A DNA stretch of 64,000 bases. It comes from Opitutales bacterium. Its GTDB lineage: Bacteria > Verrucomicrobiota > Verrucomicrobiia > Opitutales > UBA2987. A program made the translations under genes and the position numbers. Below are positions 9,720-20,128 of the stretch, in pieces (positions within the stretch are counted from its first letter, which is position 1; every line of letters begins with the position of its first letter). Location: contig CBDDEL010000015.1 in the NCBI GenBank assembly GCA_965226885.1, forward strand, positions 192,001-256,000. The letters are read 5' to 3'. The notes beneath the pieces are model-generated. The model saw nothing but the letters and a program-made list of their open reading frames with translations. It was not told where the DNA came from and did no database searches.

Positions 9720-11201
9720 ATGAAAAATATAGCCATCCAATGCCTCCTGCGTCCAGCTTTAACTGTGGTCGACCGGTGCCTCGATTACGATAACTTCCGC
9801 GCCACCATTGATCGAATCGATCGGCTGCTGATCGACTCGGAGGTGGAATCGCAGGCCATTGAGCTGGCCTTGGAGGGGTGGCCGCCAATGGGTCTAAAGG
9901 CCCGGCGGCAGCGGGCCAGTTTTGCCATCAAGGCACTGCGCATGGATACGCTGGGCCGTCTGCTCGGAGGGATTTCGTTTCGGCATTTGTCGCGGGCTCT
10001 GGGCAGCAGCGATCTGTTGGCCGACTTTTGCTGTGTCCGGCAGATCGATGGCATCAGGGGCATCTCCAAAAGCACCCTGGAGCGGGCCTCGAAGTTTTTC
10101 AGCGAAGAGCAGTTGAGGGCCTTGCACCGGACCTTGACTGAGGTGGTGGGCGATGCCCTTCTGGCCCGGCAGGTGGGATTGGACAAGCCGATTGACACCA
10201 CCATTTGCCTGATCGACGGCACCTGTTTGGAGGCTAACATTCATTGGCCGACGGACTGGGTATTACTCAAGGATGTAGCCGGCACGTTGCTCAAAGCGAT
10301 CCGGCTGATCCGCGAGAAGGCCGGTTTGCGCCATCGCATGCCGATCGAACCGGAGCCCTTGGCTCGGCAGATGAATCGGCTGTGCATACAGATGACCCAC
10401 AGCCGGCGGCGAAAGGACAGCGCGCGGCAGCGCAAGGGTATCTTGAGGCAGATGAAAAAGCTGCTCAAACGGATCGGGGAGCATGCCCGCAGTCACCGGG
10501 AATTATTGCAAGCCTGCTGGGAGCAAAGCGATTACAGCGAAAAACAGGTCCAACAGATCCTCGCCCGGATGGAGCGCATGAGCGAGCAAATCCCGGTGGT
10601 CATCAAACAGGCGCACGAGCGGATCATTGGCGGCCGCCAGGTGAAAAACGCAGAGAAAGTCTTGAGTGTTTACGAACTCGATGGGCAGGTGATTGTGCGA
10701 GGTAAAGCGGGCCAAGAGGTCGAGTTCGGCAACACCCTGTTTTTGGGAGAAAGCGTTGAAGGGTACCTGCTGGACTGGAAACTCTACGGCAGCCGAACTC
10801 CAAGCGAAAATGAACAAATGCAAGAGAGTTTGCAAAGACAGAACCGCTTCAACCTGGAAGAACCCATAGCGGCCATGTGCGCGGACCGGGGATTTGCCTC
10901 CCAGCGGGCCCGCCGGCAGTTAGCCCAGGAGGGAATCTACGACGCGCTCTGTCCACGCGATCCGAAGCAGTTGAAAAAACGGATGGAGGAACCACTGTTC
11001 AGACAATTGCAAAAGCGCCGGGCCAGCACCGAAGGGCGGATCGGGGTATTGAAGAATCGCTGGCAGGCCGGGCGGTTGCGCAGCAAAGGCTTTGCCAACC
11101 GCTCGATCAGCGTAGCCTGGTCGGTACTCTCGCACAACCTATGGAAAGTAGCCAAGATGCTGGCCCAGCAAGACGAACTAAAAACCAAAGCGGCGGCCTA
11201 G
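9720..11201 (+). CDS. DDE transposase, ISNCY/IS5-like
   Basis: IDGTCLEANIHWPTD, GKAGQEVEFG, ADRGF and RRASTEGRIGVLK motifs. Confidence 0.88.
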   Translation: MKNIAIQCLLRPALTVVDRCLDYDNFRATIDRIDRLLIDSEVESQAIELALEGWPPMGLKARRQRASFAIKALRMDTLGRLLGGISFRHLSRALGSSDLLADFCCVRQIDGIRGISKSTLERASKFFSEEQLRALHRTLTEVVGDALLARQVGLDKPIDTTICLIDGTCLEANIHWPTDWVLLKDVAGTLLKAIRLIREKAGLRHRMPIEPEPLARQMNRLCIQMTHSRRRKDSARQRKGILRQMKKLLKRIGEHARSHRELLQACWEQSDYSEKQVQQILARMERMSEQIPVVIKQAHERIIGGRQVKNAEKVLSVYELDGQVIVRGKAGQEVEFGNTLFLGESVEGYLLDWKLYGSRTPSENEQMQESLQRQNRFNLEEPIAAMCADRGFASQRARRQLAQEGIYDALCPRDPKQLKKRMEEPLFRQLQKRRASTEGRIGVLKNRWQAGRLRSKGFANRSISVAWSVLSHNLWKVAKMLAQQDELKTKAAA

Positions 11202-12768
11202 CCCGGATATTTCATGAAGGGTAAAGTTTGGCTCGTTATTGCTATTGGAGATGGATTTCTTTGTATTTTGAGCAGATCGTCTTGATTTTTAGGTGTTTTT
11301 CAGGGTGTAGAGACACTGCCCCCTTTCCCCCATTGGTTCGGTAGTGCCGGGGGCAGCACCAATGCACCCTTTAGGTTGGCACCAATCGGCGGGCCGCATG
11401 GTTGAAAAGACTGGCCCAAGGATAACTCTCACTTAGGTGAAAGTGAATCGTTCGGGTGTTGCGCACGATGACCGCTCCGATCTTGATTAATTTGAGCCGC
11501 AGGGTGTGGCATTGGGCCCGCGCCCACTTCGTCCCTTTTAAGGCTAACCGGCGCATGGCTTCCATCAAGGTGTAGGCCAGCGCCGACAAGAGCAATCGCC
11601 ACTGATTGGCCCACCATTGATGGGCGCTGGTGCGCTCGCTGAACAATTGCATCTGTTCCTTGATGCGGTTCTCCATTTCACCGCGGCCACAGTATACCTT
11701 GTCGTAAAGCTCCTGGGGATCGCCCGGCAGGTTCGTCACCACGAAGCGCGGGTTGGACCCCTGTGCGGTGTGTTCGGCTTTATGGATGACCAACCGCAGC
11801 CATCGCCACGAATCGGCAGCATAGACGAAGTCCTGGAATAACCGTTGTTTTTTACCCCTTAGTTCGAACCATTCTTTGGCCTGCTTTTGCAACTGCTGGG
11901 CGTCTTGCTGCAAGCGTGCATTGCGAGCCATCCCCACGATGTAACTAACTTCGTTGCGGTCGCACCAAGAGAGTATCCGGTCTCGACAAAATCCACTGTC
12001 GGCGCGCCAAATAATCCGCGTACGGGGCCAGCTTTGGCGAATCCGTTTAACCAGCAATTTGAGGATGGCCCCGGCATGCTTGCTGGCATCGATCTTGCTC
12101 GGCCGCAGGTAGGCCACCAGCAGCTGATCACCGCAAAAAACATATAGCGGCAGAAAACAGTAATGATCATAATAACCGTGGAAAAAACGTCCCTCCTGGA
12201 GCCCGTGCACCGGATTGTCGGTGGCGTCAAAGTCCAGGATGATCTCTTCGGGTTCCTCGGCAAAGGAGCCCATGAACTGTTCGACCAACAGCTCGTTTAC
12301 CGCAAAGGCCGCCCGCCGATCCTGCCCGTTTTCAAAACGACACAAAGTCGGCGCGCTGGCCAACGTTTCAATGCGCCCCGTTACCGTTTGCAACAATGGA
12401 TCGTGGCGCAGGGTATCAAAGTCGTTCAAATCCTCATAGCCCGCCACCAGCCCGTAAACGCGCTGCCGCAGCATCCCCAATACCTCATGGCGTACTTTGC
12501 CCTTCTGCCGTTTGTCCACTAACTGTCGGGCCGCTCGTTCGGTCAAGCCCAACTGCCGATCCACTTCCCGGATCAAAAGCAGTCCGGCATCCGAAGTAAC
12601 CTCTCCGCCCTTGAAATCAACCCGCACACGGCGGCCTTTTACCCTTGTCAACTGTAGCTTTAATTGTTTACCTTTTGTCATCGCTGATATTGCTTTAATT
12701 ATTGATCTATCCTGCTGTATATCAGCAGTTAAGCATATCAACGATACTTTTTTTACGAAATATCCGGG
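11202..12768 (-). mobile_element. IS1380 copy 2, inserted at the stop codon of the ISNCY transposase (tnp 11371-12681)
   Basis: Same IRs as copy 1; CTAG duplicated at 11198-11201 and 12769-12772. Confidence 0.95.
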
Positions 12769-13442
12769 CTAGAGAGCGGAAAAGCAAGGACAATACTTTT
12801 TCACAGCCGTACTGTCGGCTCATACAAAGAAAACCAGGCAACCGGACCCCAAAACCAGTATCCTAACGTCATAGGAGAGCAAAGTTGATACTCTCCCAAA
12901 TGCAAATACCTCTAAAATGAGCGCCTATCAAAAGCCCTCGCAAAAATCACCCTTTTGGGACAGCCTCTATTGTATTATGAGGGCGAAGGTGTGCCGCAGG
13001 ATTTCAAACTAGCCCAAAAGTGGTTTTTAAGAGCAGCCAAGCAGGGCTACCCGGAGGCACAGGTAAATATTGCTTTGATGTTTTACATTGGCGAAGGTGG
13101 ATCCAGAAATTATCGAGCCGCGCTCAAATGGTTTCGCCATGCGGCCGATCAAGGTCATCTGGAAGCCCAACGGGATGTGGCCTGGATGTATTTCGAGGGC
13201 GAGGGCGTATCCCGCAATTATAAAAAAGCGCTTCAATGGTTTACCCATGCGGCTGAGCAAGGTTACTCCGTTGCCCAATACAATCTCGGTGTAATCTACC
13301 TCAACGGTGATGGCGTGGATCAGGATTTAGAACTGGCACTTAATTGGATTCAACGGTCAGCAGACCAGGATTATCCGATGGCGCAACTCACTCTAGGGCA
13401 GATGTACGCCCAAGGACAGGGTGTTGCCCAGGACACAACTAA

Positions 13443-14480
13443 CCCGGATATTTCATGAAGGGTAAAGTTTGGCTCGTTATTGCTATTGGAGATGGATTTC
13501 TTTGTATTTTGAGCAGATCGTCTTGATTTTTAGGTGTTTTTCAGGGTGTAGAGACACTGCCCCCTTTCCCCCATTGGTTCGGTAGTGCCGGGGGCAGCAC
13601 CAATGCACCCTTTAGCCCGGATATTTCATGAAGGGTAAAGTTTGGCTCGTTATTGCTATTGGAGATGGATTTCTTTGTATTTTGAGCAGATCGTCTTGAT
13701 TTTTAGGTGTTTTTCAGGGTGTAGAGACACTGCCCCCTTTCCCCCATTGGTTCGGTAGTGCCGGGGGCAGCACCAATGCACCCTTTAGCCCGGATATTTC
13801 ATGAAGGGTAAAGTTTGGCTCGTTATTGCTATTGGAGATGGATTTCTTTGTATTTTGAGCAGATCGTCTTGATTTTTAGGTGTTTTTCAGGGTGTAGAGA
13901 CACTGCCCCCTTTCCCCCATTGGTTCGGTAGTGCCGGGGGCAGCACCAATGCACCCTTTAGCCCGGATATTTCATGAAGGGTAAAGTTTGGCTCGTTATT
14001 GCTATTGGAGATGGATTTCTTTGTATTTTGAGCAGATCGTCTTGATTTTTAGGTGTTTTTCAGGGTGTAGAGACACTGCCCCCTTTCCCCCATTGGTTCG
14101 GTAGTGCCGGGGGCAGCACCAATGCACCCTTTAGCCCGGATATTTCATGAAGGGTAAAGTTTGGCTCGTTATTGCTATTGGAGATGGATTTCTTTGTATT
14201 TTGAGCAGATCGTCTTGATTTTTAGGTGTTTTTCAGGGTGTAGAGACACTGCCCCCTTTCCCCCATTGGTTCGGTAGTGCCGGGGGCAGCACCAATGCAC
14301 CCTTTAGCCCGGATATTTCATGAAGGGTAAAGTTTGGCTCGTTATTGCTATTGGAGATGGATTTCTTTGTATTTTGAGCAGATCGTCTTGATTTTTAGGT
14401 GTTTTTCAGGGTGTAGAGACACTGCCCCCTTTCCCCCATTGGTTCGGTAGTGCCGGGGGCAGCACCAATGCACCCTTTAG
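13443..14480 (-). repeat. Tandem array of six 173-bp units, each the IS1380 right end (IRR plus 3' UTR plus CTAA)
   Basis: Units start at 13443, 13616, 13789, 13962, 14135 and 14308. Each runs cccggatatttcatgaag...gcaccctttag; the last continues into the transposase. Confidence 0.97.
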
Positions 14481-15784
14481 GTTGGCACCAATCGGCGGGC
14501 CGCATGGTTGAAAAGACTGGCCCAAGGATAACTCTCACTTAGGTGAAAGTGAATCGTTCGGGTGTTGCGCACGATGACCGCTCCGATCTTGATTAATTTG
14601 AGCCGCAGGGTGTGGCATTGGGCCCGCGCCCACTTCGTCCCTTTTAAGGCTAACCGGCGCATGGCTTCCATCAAGGTGTAGGCCAGCGCCGACAAGAGCA
14701 ATCGGCACTGATTGGCCCACCATTGATGGGCGCTGGTGCGCTCGCTGAACAATTGCATCTGTTCCTTGATTCGGTTCTCCATTTCACCGCGGCCACAGTA
14801 TACCTTGTCGTAAAGCTCCTGGGGATCGCCCGGCAGGTTCGTCACCACGAAGCGCGGGTTGGACCCCTGTGCGGTGTGTTCGGCTTTATGGATGACCAAC
14901 CGCAGCCATCGCCACGAATCGGCAGCATAGACGAAGTCCTGGAATAACCGTTGTTTTTTACCCCTTAGTTCGAACCATTCTTTGGCCTGCTTTTGCAACT
15001 GCTGGGCGTCTTGCTGCAAGCGTGCATTGCGAGCCATCCCCACGATGTAACTAACTTCGTTGCGGTCGCACCAAGAGAGTATCCGGTCTCGACAAAATCC
15101 ACTGTCGGCGCGCCAAATAATCCGCGTACGGGGCCAGCTTTGGCGAATCCGTTTAACCAGCAATTTGAGGATGGCCCCGGCATGCTTGCTGGCATCGATC
15201 TTGCTCGGCCGCAGGTAGGCCACCAGCAGCTGATCACCGCAAAAAACATATAGCGGCAGAAAACAGTAATGATCATAATAACCGTGGAAAAAACGTCCCT
15301 CCTGGAGCCCGTGCACCGGAGTGTCGGTGGCGGCAAAGTCCAGGATGATCTCTTCGGGTTCCTCGGCAAAGGAGCCCATGAACTGTTCGACCAACAGCTC
15401 GTTTACCGCAAAGGCCGCCCGCCGATCCTGCCCGTTTTCAAAACGACACAAAGTCGGCGCGCTGGCCAACGTTTCAATGCGCCCCGTTACCGTTTGCAAC
15501 AATGAATCGTGGCGCAGGGTATCAAAGTTCGTTCAAATCCTCATAGCCCGCCACCAGCCCGTAAACGCGCTGCCGCAGCATCCCCACTCATGGCGTACTT
15601 TGCCCTTCTGCCGTTTGTCCACTAACTGTCGGGCCGCTCGTTCGGTCAAGCCCAACTGCCGATCCACTTCCCGGATCAAAAGCAGTCCGGCATCCGAAGT
15701 AACCTCTCCGCCCTTGAAATCAACCCGCACACGGCGGCCTTTTACCCTTGTCAACTGTAGCTTTAATTGTTTACCTTTTGTCAT
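14477..15784 (-). pseudogene. IS1380 transposase, damaged
   Basis: Relative to the other copies: 4-bp deletion near 15586, 1-bp insertion near 15528, and DFDATDNP changed to DFAATDTP in the first catalytic motif. Confidence 0.88.
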
Positions 15785-16536
15785 CGCTGATATTGCTTTA
15801 ATTATTGATCTATCCTGCTGTATATCAGCAGTTAAGCATATCAACGATACTTTTTTTACGAAATATCCGGGCTAAATTTGTATCAAGAAGCTGCTCTGCA
15901 GGGTTCAGCTCTGTCACAAAAATATTTAGGAGGTTTGTACTACACGGGGAGAATTGTCAGTCAAGATTATGATGTGGCTTTGAAATGGTATCACATGGCC
16001 GCCGAGCAGGGAGATGTCATAAGCGAATTCCAATTAGGCCTAATTTATAAAGATGGTCATGATGTGGAGCGGGATCTCGTTGAAGCGGTCAGATGGTTAA
16101 GTCCAGCCGCCGACCAGGGACACGCGAGTGCTCAAAATGCCCTCGCCTGGCTGTTGGCAACCTCTGTGGATGATAACATTCGAGATGGACAATTGGCTAT
16201 CCAATACGCCCTTGGAGCGGTCGAAAACAGGAAAGATTTCGGATTTGTGGATACCCTGGCCGACGCCTATGCGGAGGCGGGTCAGTTTGAGAAGGCGGTG
16301 GAAACCCAGAAAGAAGTTATTTCCATGGTAACCGAAGATCATTCTACCTTTGAGGAATTTGTGGAGAGGCTTAAGGGTTATGAGAATAGTGAGCCCTGGC
16401 GGGAGGATAGGTAAACAAAGGTATATTTGCAGCTTATTGGCCAATCTCCGGCTATTGACCCTTGCGGTGGAGGCCGGTTAATTTGTCTCCTTTTCCCCTT
16501 CAATTCAGATAATGTTTTTAATCGGGATGGTAAAAT

Positions 16537-18198
16537 TTGATTGTTGCTCATAAATTGGATGCGGAGTCGGCCAATGTAGCGCGATTTCTTCCGCGGATGG
16601 CCCGGCGGGTTCCGGGGCATTGCGCGGTTAAGGTTCCTCTTGGCTTGAAAGGGGATCGCATCGTGTATCTGGAACGTTCCTTTGCCGAGTTGGAGGCCGA
16701 TTGCGATGCCGTGGCCCGGTTTTTTCAGGAGAAAGGCATTGTCCGGGGAACGCGGGTCTTGCTCATGGTGCGGCCGGGGCTGGACCTCATCCTGACGACT
16801 TTCGCGCTCTTTAAAATGGGCGCCGTACCGGTGGCCGTCGATCCGGGCATGGGTTTGCAATCATTCCTCAACTGTGTCCGCCGGTCGCAGCCGGAAGCCC
16901 TCGTCGGCATACCGCTGGCCCTTGGAATCAGCCGAATCTTTCGGAGGGCGTTCAGGACGGTCCGCATTCGTATCAAAGCGGGCCGCAACAGTTTCCTGAA
17001 ATTGGGGGAAAACTACGGTAGCTCAGGTCAAGCATTTCCAATGGCGGCGACGAAGACCGATGACCTGGCCGCCATACTCTTTACCTCGGGCTCCACCGGA
17101 CCGCCCAAGGGCGTCTGCTACGAGCATGGCATGTTCGACGCCCAGGTGCGGTTGATTCGCGACCAATACGGAATCGAGCCGGGGGAGGTCGACCTGCCCA
17201 TGCTGCCCATTTTTGCCCTTTTCAATCCCGCTTTGGGAATGACCACGGTGGTTCCGCAAATGAATCCCGGCAAACCGGCCGCAGTCGATCCGGAAAAGAT
17301 CGTCCGGGCCATCCGCCAATGCGGGGTCACCACCAGCTTCGGCTCGCCGGTTCTCTGGCAAAAAATTGGCCGTTATTGCGCGCAGCGGGAAATTCAGCTG
17401 CCTTCCATGCGGAGGGTTCTCATTGCGGGCGCACCGGTTTCACCCGAATTGGTTCGGCTATTGCAGCCCGCACTTCCCCATGCGCAAGTGCATACGCCCT
17501 ACGGCGCCACCGAATGCCTGCCGGTCAGTTCCCACCGTGGGCCGGACATTCTGGAAAAAACCTGGCAGCATACGAAAAAGGGAAAAGGAACTTGCGTCGG
17601 CCGTCCCGTTCACGGGATGCAGGTAAAAATCATCCGCATTGAAGAAAAAATTCTTCCCTCATGGGAGCCATCAATGGAATTGGGAGAAGATGAAATCGGC
17701 GAAATCATCGTCAAGGGCCCGGTCGTAACCAAGAGCTATGACCAGTTGGAAAAAGAGACCGCCGAGGCGAAAATAAACGAAAATGGCGAGGTTTGGCACC
17801 GCATGGGCGATCTTGGTTACCTTGATTCCGAGGGGCTGCTCTGGTTTTGCGGGAGGAAAGCCGAACGCGTCGTCACGTCCGACGGGGTTTATTTCACTGA
17901 TTGCTGCGAGGCCATTTTCAACCATCATGCATGCGTTTTCCGGTCGGCCCTGATTGGAGTTGGCCGCCTGGAAAACAAAATTCCCGCCATCGTGGTCGAA
18001 CCGGAAAAAGGAAAATATCCACGCAGCGCCGGGGCGAAAGAGGAATTTATCTCCAAACTGCGCGCATTGGGGGCGGCCAATCCCATTACCCGGAAAATTG
18101 AATACTTTTTCTTCACCAAAAAATTTCCCGTTGATGTGCGTCACAACGCCAAAATTCACCGCCTCACACTGGCCCATAAATTTCAGTCGCGCCGATGA
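16537..18198 (+). CDS. oleC: OleC-like AMP-dependent ligase / beta-lactone synthetase
   Basis: FTSGSTGPPKG, TPYGATE, WHRMGD and the OleC-type C-terminal FPVDVRHNAKI; 4-bp overlap with an oleD-like gene. Confidence 0.8.
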   Translation: MIVAHKLDAESANVARFLPRMARRVPGHCAVKVPLGLKGDRIVYLERSFAELEADCDAVARFFQEKGIVRGTRVLLMVRPGLDLILTTFALFKMGAVPVAVDPGMGLQSFLNCVRRSQPEALVGIPLALGISRIFRRAFRTVRIRIKAGRNSFLKLGENYGSSGQAFPMAATKTDDLAAILFTSGSTGPPKGVCYEHGMFDAQVRLIRDQYGIEPGEVDLPMLPIFALFNPALGMTTVVPQMNPGKPAAVDPEKIVRAIRQCGVTTSFGSPVLWQKIGRYCAQREIQLPSMRRVLIAGAPVSPELVRLLQPALPHAQVHTPYGATECLPVSSHRGPDILEKTWQHTKKGKGTCVGRPVHGMQVKIIRIEEKILPSWEPSMELGEDEIGEIIVKGPVVTKSYDQLEKETAEAKINENGEVWHRMGDLGYLDSEGLLWFCGRKAERVVTSDGVYFTDCCEAIFNHHACVFRSALIGVGRLENKIPAIVVEPEKGKYPRSAGAKEEFISKLRALGAANPITRKIEYFFFTKKFPVDVRHNAKIHRLTLAHKFQSRR

Positions 18199-19205
18199 AA
18201 ATACTGGTTACCGGCGGCGGCGGATTTCTGGGCCGTTCCATTGTCAAAAAGCTACTCCGGCGCGGCTGCGAGGTCGCCATCCTGGGCCGCTCGCCCCAAC
18301 CGGACCTGCAAAAACGAGGCATTAAGCTATTTCAGGGCAACCTGACGGACGTTGCTTTGGTCGAGTCCGCCTGCAAGGGGCGGGACGCGGTTTTTCACGC
18401 CGCCGCCAAAGCAGGAATATGGGGCAGCCTGAATAGTTATTATCAGCCTAATATCGTCGGCACTCACAATGTAATTTCGGCCTGTCACAAACATGAGGTG
18501 GGTCGCCTTGTTTATACCAGCACCCCGAGTGTTGTTTTTAACCGGCAATCCTTTGAAAACGCCGATGAATCGACTCCTTACGGTCGCGATTGGCTCTGCC
18601 ATTACGCCCGGACCAAATCCATCGCAGAACAGGAGGTTCTCTTCTCACACCAGCCAAGGGGTTTGCGAACCATCGCACTGCGGCCGCATTTGATATGGGG
18701 AATCGGTGACCCCCATTTGCTCCCCCGTGTCATAAGCCGGGCCAGGTCGGGCCGGCTGCGCATCGTCGGCGACGGACAAAACCGGGTGGACATCACCCAT
18801 GTGTCCAATGCTGCCGATGCGCATTTATTAGCTCTTGATGCTCTTGAATCCGAATCGGCAGGCGGCAGGGCTTACTTCATTTCTCAAGGAGAGCCGGTGT
18901 GCCTTTGGGAATGGGTCAATGAAATACTGCAAGGGCTTTCGATACCGCCGGTGGTCAAAAAAATTAGCTTGAAGAAGGCCTATGCCGTTGGCGCTTGTCT
19001 GGAGGTAATTTATAAAATTCTCCAACTCAAAGGGGAGCCCCCCATGTCACGCTTCGTCGCCCTGGAACTAGCTAAGGATCATTATTTCAACATCCAGGCG
19101 GCCCGCAGAGATCTCGGTTACGAGCCAAAAGTGTCCACCCGCCAAGGCATGGCCGAATACCTTGAGCATTTTAAATCCTTTGATCGAAAACTGGACTCCA
19201 GTTAG
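18195..19205 (+). CDS. oleD: OleD-like NAD(P)-dependent reductase (3-beta-HSD/epimerase family)
   Basis: TGGGGFLG, AAKAGIWG, TSTPSVV, YARTK and LRPHLIWG motifs. Confidence 0.82.
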   Translation: MKILVTGGGGFLGRSIVKKLLRRGCEVAILGRSPQPDLQKRGIKLFQGNLTDVALVESACKGRDAVFHAAAKAGIWGSLNSYYQPNIVGTHNVISACHKHEVGRLVYTSTPSVVFNRQSFENADESTPYGRDWLCHYARTKSIAEQEVLFSHQPRGLRTIALRPHLIWGIGDPHLLPRVISRARSGRLRIVGDGQNRVDITHVSNAADAHLLALDALESESAGGRAYFISQGEPVCLWEWVNEILQGLSIPPVVKKISLKKAYAVGACLEVIYKILQLKGEPPMSRFVALELAKDHYFNIQAARRDLGYEPKVSTRQGMAEYLEHFKSFDRKLDSS

Positions 19206-19206
19206 G

Positions 19207-20010
19207 TTAAGTGGATCGCTGCCGGACGGTTTCGAAAAGGGCAATGGCGGCGGCCACATTTACATTGAGGGAATCCGAGCGGCCGGCCATGGGTATTTTC
19301 AGCCGATGGGTCGCACTGTTCAACCAGAAATCGCTCAGACCGTCCTTTTCGCTTCCCACCACGATGGCCACGGCGGCCTTGAGGTCGGCTCGCCAGTATT
19401 CCTCGTTGGCCTCCGGCGTGGTGGCCAATACCTGAATCCCTTTTGCCATCAGCCAGGCAAGCGCCGACTCGTTGGCGCAAACGACCACTGGAAATCCGAA
19501 AAGCGCTCCCTGTGAATTGCGGATAACATTCGGGTTGAATATGTCGGCCACTGCATCAGTCAATATGAGAGCGTCCGCCCCGGCCGCCTCGGCGGTGCGG
19601 ATGAGGCTGCCCAGATTGCCCGGTTTTTCCACCCTTTCCACCACCAGCAAGAGGGCCGATGTGGTGAACCGGATTTCTTCAAGTGCGGTTTCCCAAACCT
19701 GAGCCATGGCCAGCAAACCATCCGGGTTTTCCCGATGGGAAGCTTTGGCGAATGCAGCCGATGAAAGCTGAACCACTTCTATGGTTTGTTCTTTCGCTCT
19801 GCGGACAACCTCATGGGCCTCGTCGGATTTAATGTCTTCAGGGCAGTAAAACAAAGTTTGCAATGCCACTCCCCGATCCAGCGCCCGCGAGGTCTCCCGA
19901 TGCCCTTCGATGAGGAAAAGGCCCTGCCGCTTGCGGTGGCGGGCATTACGCAATCGCACCAGGTTTTTCACCCGGGGATTGTGGGGACTCTGGATAACTT
20001 CGATATTCAC
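19207..20010 (-). CDS. TrmH/SpoU-family RNA methyltransferase
   Basis: EKPGNLGSLIRTA, VGSEKDGL and IPMAGRSDSLNV motifs. Confidence 0.92.
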   Translation of the reverse strand: MNIEVIQSPHNPRVKNLVRLRNARHRKRQGLFLIEGHRETSRALDRGVALQTLFYCPEDIKSDEAHEVVRRAKEQTIEVVQLSSAAFAKASHRENPDGLLAMAQVWETALEEIRFTTSALLLVVERVEKPGNLGSLIRTAEAAGADALILTDAVADIFNPNVIRNSQGALFGFPVVVCANESALAWLMAKGIQVLATTPEANEEYWRADLKAAVAIVVGSEKDGLSDFWLNSATHRLKIPMAGRSDSLNVNVAAAIALFETVRQRST

Positions 20011-20128
20011 TTTAAAAATGAAATTAATTTCAACAAAGTCTTAACATAGGATGCTTTGATAAGAGGCGTCACGAATTTTTATTTCCTTAACAAGCTTTTG
20101 TCTTCATGAATGACTTTCCAAAAACACT

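Larger units (their letters stand above)
9580..12967 (+). mobile_element. ISNCY-like (ISDol1-type) IS, 1817 bp, carrying a nested IS1380
   Basis: IRs GAGGCTGTCCCAAAA...TTTTGGGACAGCCTC and a 7-bp duplication TATTGTA. Length matches the uninterrupted copy at 39548-41364 after removing the nested element. Confidence 0.88.
13443..15871 (-). mobile_element. IS1380 copy 3 with five extra right ends
   Basis: IRL ends at 15871; CTAA on both sides (13439-13442 and 15872-15875). Confidence 0.93.
9400..16414 (+). pseudogene. Secreted Sel1-repeat protein in three pieces (9400-9579, 12968-13442, 15872-16414)
   Basis: Signal peptide ending FSAFSA; repeated AQxxLxxxYxxGxGVxxDxxxAxxWxxxAAxQG units continue across two IS insertions. 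Confidence 0.9.

Noticed and set aside
6541..12768. Composite transposon of IS1380 copies 1 and 2 carrying the NUP gene
   Set aside because: Each copy has its own target duplication and copy 2 is nested in another IS, so they are independent insertions.
13443..14480. CRISPR array
   Set aside because: Units are 173 bp, contiguous, lack unique spacers and match the IS1380 right end; no cas genes in the window.
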